From NCBI GenBank assembly GCA_047621325.1, contig JBLHLT010000008.1:37804-101803 (forward strand): a DNA stretch of 64,000 nucleotides, given 5' to 3'. The notes beneath the pieces are model-generated. The model saw only the letters and a list, made by a program, of their open reading frames with translations. It was not told the origin of the DNA and made no database searches. Position 1 is the stretch's first letter; every line of letters begins with the position of its first letter. Position numbers and translations under genes: made by a program. Positions 61,601 through 64,000 of the stretch are shown here, in pieces. Source of the stretch: Oceanicoccus sp. (lineage in GTDB: Bacteria; Pseudomonadota; Gammaproteobacteria; Pseudomonadales; Oceanobacteraceae).

Positions 61601-61993
61601 ATGCAAGCCTATAATCCTCACCATCATACCCTGATCTTATTGAAAGATTTCTTAAAATCTATGCAACAAGGTTTTCCATTCAACCAAGAATCCCTTGATG
61701 AAGACGAACTAAATTTTGTAAATCAGTTACAAGACCTTATCGCCGCCCTAGAGAGCCATGATGTAAATGCCACATTTGATGGCCAAGACTGGCTCACTAG
61801 GCTGTTTCGCAACTACCCAACACTCGCCCCCCACTTAGGCCGAGAAGTCTTATGGTATTTTGCCGGCGAAGCGCTTCACTTTATGCCTGATGAAGAAATT
61901 GCAAAGTTTCAGCAACTAGAAGACCTAATGATAGAAGCCGATGAAAATTTCGACTACCTAGCGGCCAAACAAGCCATATTTACAGCGCATTAA
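61601..61993 (+). CDS. conserved hypothetical acidic protein (PA2817-like, from memory)
   Basis: 130-aa ORF followed by tandem terminators. Its start lies only 10 bp from the divergent yadG start, so an internal start (ATG 61661) cannot be excluded. Confidence 0.55.
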   Translation: MQAYNPHHHTLILLKDFLKSMQQGFPFNQESLDEDELNFVNQLQDLIAALESHDVNATFDGQDWLTRLFRNYPTLAPHLGREVLWYFAGEALHFMPDEEIAKFQQLEDLMIEADENFDYLAAKQAIFTAH

Positions 61994-62001
61994 CGCAACA
62001 A

Positions 62002-62029
62002 GTCGCCAAGCCTATACTTGGTGACTTTT
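62002..62029 (+). terminator. first of two tandem terminators
   Basis: GTCGCCAAG-cctata-CTTGGTGAC (one G-U pair) followed by TTTT. Confidence 0.55.
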
Positions 62030-62038
62030 CTACAAACG

Positions 62039-62069
62039 AAAAAAAACCAGAACAATGTTCTGGTTTTTT
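62039..62069. terminator. bidirectional terminator (serves the + gene and the minus-strand tRNA operon)
   Basis: aaaaaaaaCCAGAACaatGTTCTGGtttttt. Confidence 0.8.
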
Positions 62070-62073
62070 AATT

Positions 62074-62149
<76 letters not shown>

Positions 62150-62233
62150 AATTCTTTCTTTATCAGCCTTTCAGCTGAATAGTTCATATTACTGAACCTA
62201 ATGACTGTCCTAAGAACAACCACTAAAAATAAG

Positions 62234-62309
62234 TGGTATCCCGTAGGGGAGTCGAACCCCTGTTACCGCCGTGAAAGGGCGGTGTCCTAGGCCTCTAGAC
62301 GAACGGGAC
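62234..62309 (-). tRNA. tRNA-Glu (anticodon UUC)
   Basis: 76 nt; anticodon arm CCGCC-CUUUCAC-GGCGG; GUCCCGUUCGUCUAGAGGCCUAGGACAC 5' half. Confidence 0.92.
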
Positions 62310-62358
62310 ACTAAATGACTGAAACTCATTAGGCAATCGGCCTAGTCTAATGAGAAAT

Positions 62359-62434
<76 letters not shown>

Positions 62435-62503
62435 CTATTAGAGTCTTTCACTACTCTAAACATCAACTTTCGTTGACTATCTTGCCAATAACAAGATAAA
62501 AAT

Positions 62504-62579
62504 TGGTATCCCGTAGGGGAGTCGAACCCCTGTTACCGCCGTGAAAGGGCGGTGTCCTAGGCCTCTAGACGAACGGGAC
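62504..62579 (-). tRNA. tRNA-Glu (anticodon UUC), identical second copy
   Basis: Same 76 nt as 62234-62309. Confidence 0.92.
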
Positions 62580-62617
62580 ACATACAGAAGACGTCAGTCA
62601 CGTCTAATGTGGCGCGC

Positions 62618-62646
62618 ATTTTATGTATCTTATTGAAATAGGTCAA
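62618..62646 (-). promoter_or_regulatory. sigma70 promoter of the Glu-Gly-Glu-Gly tRNA operon with GC discriminator and A/T-rich UP region
   Basis: Minus strand TTGACC-17 nt-TAAAAT followed by GCGCGCC; the upstream sequence is TTTTTTAATAGAAAAAA. Confidence 0.6.
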
Positions 62647-62716
62647 GTTTTTTCTATTAAAAAACTTTTAAATTTAGGTCTACACTTAATATATCTAATG
62701 GAGACAAGAAGCAGCA

Positions 62717-63502
62717 ATGGACTCTATCATCATAACAGGGGTGCTGATTACCTTCGCTTTACTCGGCATCCTTTTTCTAAAAGGCTATCTCGACAAACGC
62801 CGCATTGAAAGGGCCCGTGAAATGATGGACCTGAATGACGACCTTCGTCGCATGCAAAATGCAATGGCCATTATTCCAAATGTTTACTTCGATATCCCCA
62901 CCCGAATATTCATGCTGAAACGCACCATGCAACTCATAAGCAAGATACTTGAATCAAACAGCGATCATCAGACATTAAATACACTGTATCAAGATATAGA
63001 AATTCAGCTAGCGAAAACACTTTCCCAAAAAGACGACAGTGTTAAGCGCTTAGGTGTACGCGGAAAAGTGGACAACCCTGATGTCGCCCACGAAATTCGT
63101 ACCATGGTTAAATTTCTACACGACCAAATCCTAAAATCGGTAAAAAGTGGGTTAATACCCAAAGCGCACGGATCTCGTGTCGTGAAAAATTTAAAGATTA
63201 TTATGCAACGAACCATAATTGATATGAACTACAACATGGCACAAGGCATATTAAGAACCAAAAAACTGCGCCCCGCCCTATCTAAATTCAAACTGACTCT
63301 AGGACTGGTAATTAAAAGCCCACTCAAGCAATACCTAACACCGCTAAAAGACGAACTAGAAAAGACAATAGCCAAAATTGAAAATCAAATGTCTAATGAC
63401 CGCAAGAAGCTCAACGAACGCTCCTCTGGCCAACTCGCCAGCGGCATGGACAAAATGAAAGAGAAAGAAGACTGGGATGTAAAAAAGAATATCTACGATT
63501 AA
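62717..63502 (+). CDS. N-terminally membrane-anchored coiled-coil protein of unknown function
   Basis: 261 aa; a single TM (IIITGVLITFALLGILFL) followed by a K/E/R-rich helical region; no family recognised. Confidence 0.55.
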   Translation: MDSIIITGVLITFALLGILFLKGYLDKRRIERAREMMDLNDDLRRMQNAMAIIPNVYFDIPTRIFMLKRTMQLISKILESNSDHQTLNTLYQDIEIQLAKTLSQKDDSVKRLGVRGKVDNPDVAHEIRTMVKFLHDQILKSVKSGLIPKAHGSRVVKNLKIIMQRTIIDMNYNMAQGILRTKKLRPALSKFKLTLGLVIKSPLKQYLTPLKDELEKTIAKIENQMSNDRKKLNERSSGQLASGMDKMKEKEDWDVKKNIYD

Positions 63503-63948
63503 TCAGATAACTTACCAAACAGTGTGCGTAGCATTTCGCGCATAATAACCACCTCTTCGGTGTCAATACCAACCTCACACAATAACTTCTCAGGAACACG
63601 CTTGGCTTGCTGCTTCAAAGACTCACCAAGCGCCGTCAAACGCACCCAGACTTGTCGCTCATCCTCGTTACTGCGCTGACGAATAATCAAGCGTTTACCT
63701 TCTAAGCGTTTAAGCAATGGCGTTAACGTGCCACTGTCTAGCTTTAAACGCTCACCTAACATAGTAACGGTAAATTTATGGCCTATCTGCATCTCCCACA
63801 ACACCAGCATAACTAAGTATTGTGGATACGTTAAATCCAGAGGCTTTAACAGCGGCTGATACAATTTAGTCATCAACCGTGAGGCGCTGTACAACTGAAA
63901 ACACAACTGATTATCTAACTTTAACAGCTCATCTGCGGACTTACCCAT
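63499..63948 (-). CDS. MarR-family transcriptional regulator (OhrR-like size and layout)
   Basis: LDNQLCFQLYSASRLMTKLYQPLLKPLDLTYPQYLVMLVLWE...: conserved N-terminal Cys plus the MarR wHTH (RLEGKRLIIRQRSNEDERQVWVRLT). Confidence 0.85.
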   Translation of the reverse strand: MGKSADELLKLDNQLCFQLYSASRLMTKLYQPLLKPLDLTYPQYLVMLVLWEMQIGHKFTVTMLGERLKLDSGTLTPLLKRLEGKRLIIRQRSNEDERQVWVRLTALGESLKQQAKRVPEKLLCEVGIDTEEVVIMREMLRTLFGKLSD

Positions 63949-64000
63949 AACGCCTTATACCTAAAATAATATCTAAGTATGGCAAGTTACCCTCAACCTC

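Overview
This 64 kb window is chromosomal DNA from a moderately AT-rich gammaproteobacterium. The TCA gene order sdhCDAB-sucAB-lpdA-sucCD with divergent gltA is the Pseudomonas/Oceanospirillales-type arrangement, and the organism is probably marine. All family calls come from reading the ORF translations for motifs from memory; no database search was run.

Most of the window is core metabolism and translation:
- ttcA, greB, grxD, trhP/yegQ, the complete TCA supercluster, folD, aroC, prmB, queF and yadGH.
- Two tRNA operons on the minus strand: Arg-His-Leu-Leu and Glu-Gly-Glu-Gly.

I found no rRNA, CRISPR array, transposase, integrase or prophage gene.

Non-core content is concentrated in two pockets:
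- Pocket 1 (1.5-6 kb) holds an orphan 867-aa VgrG-type spike gene with no other T6SS gene in the window. It also holds a convergent secreted 142-aa protein and a solitary RebB/killing-trait (R-body) family gene next to a 490-bp, roughly 20% G+C spacer.
- Pocket 2 (35.3-40.4 kb) is a compositionally mosaic islet. It carries a class D (OXA-type) beta-lactamase with a lipobox and an HTH-WYL regulator broken by a G9 homopolymer frameshift, with a perfect 10-5-10 palindrome in its promoter region. It also carries an epoxide-hydrolase-like enzyme, a YdeI-like protein and an MFS transporter, and ends in a perfect 24-bp GC-rich hairpin.

Other items worth a second look:
- A CrsA/CrsR-like STAS plus REC-PP2C-kinase partner-switching operon.
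- A near-consensus Fur box overlapping the promoter of an unknown helical-repeat protein.
- A ybfE-like RHH gene divergent from an 815-aa Lon-type protease whose Walker A has Arg in place of Lys.
- A DUF3422 / Cys-rich gene pair.
- A yadG-yadH-queF operon joined by TAATG overlaps.

I cannot show that any of these is a new system. The VgrG/RebB pocket and the OXA/WYL islet are the best candidates.
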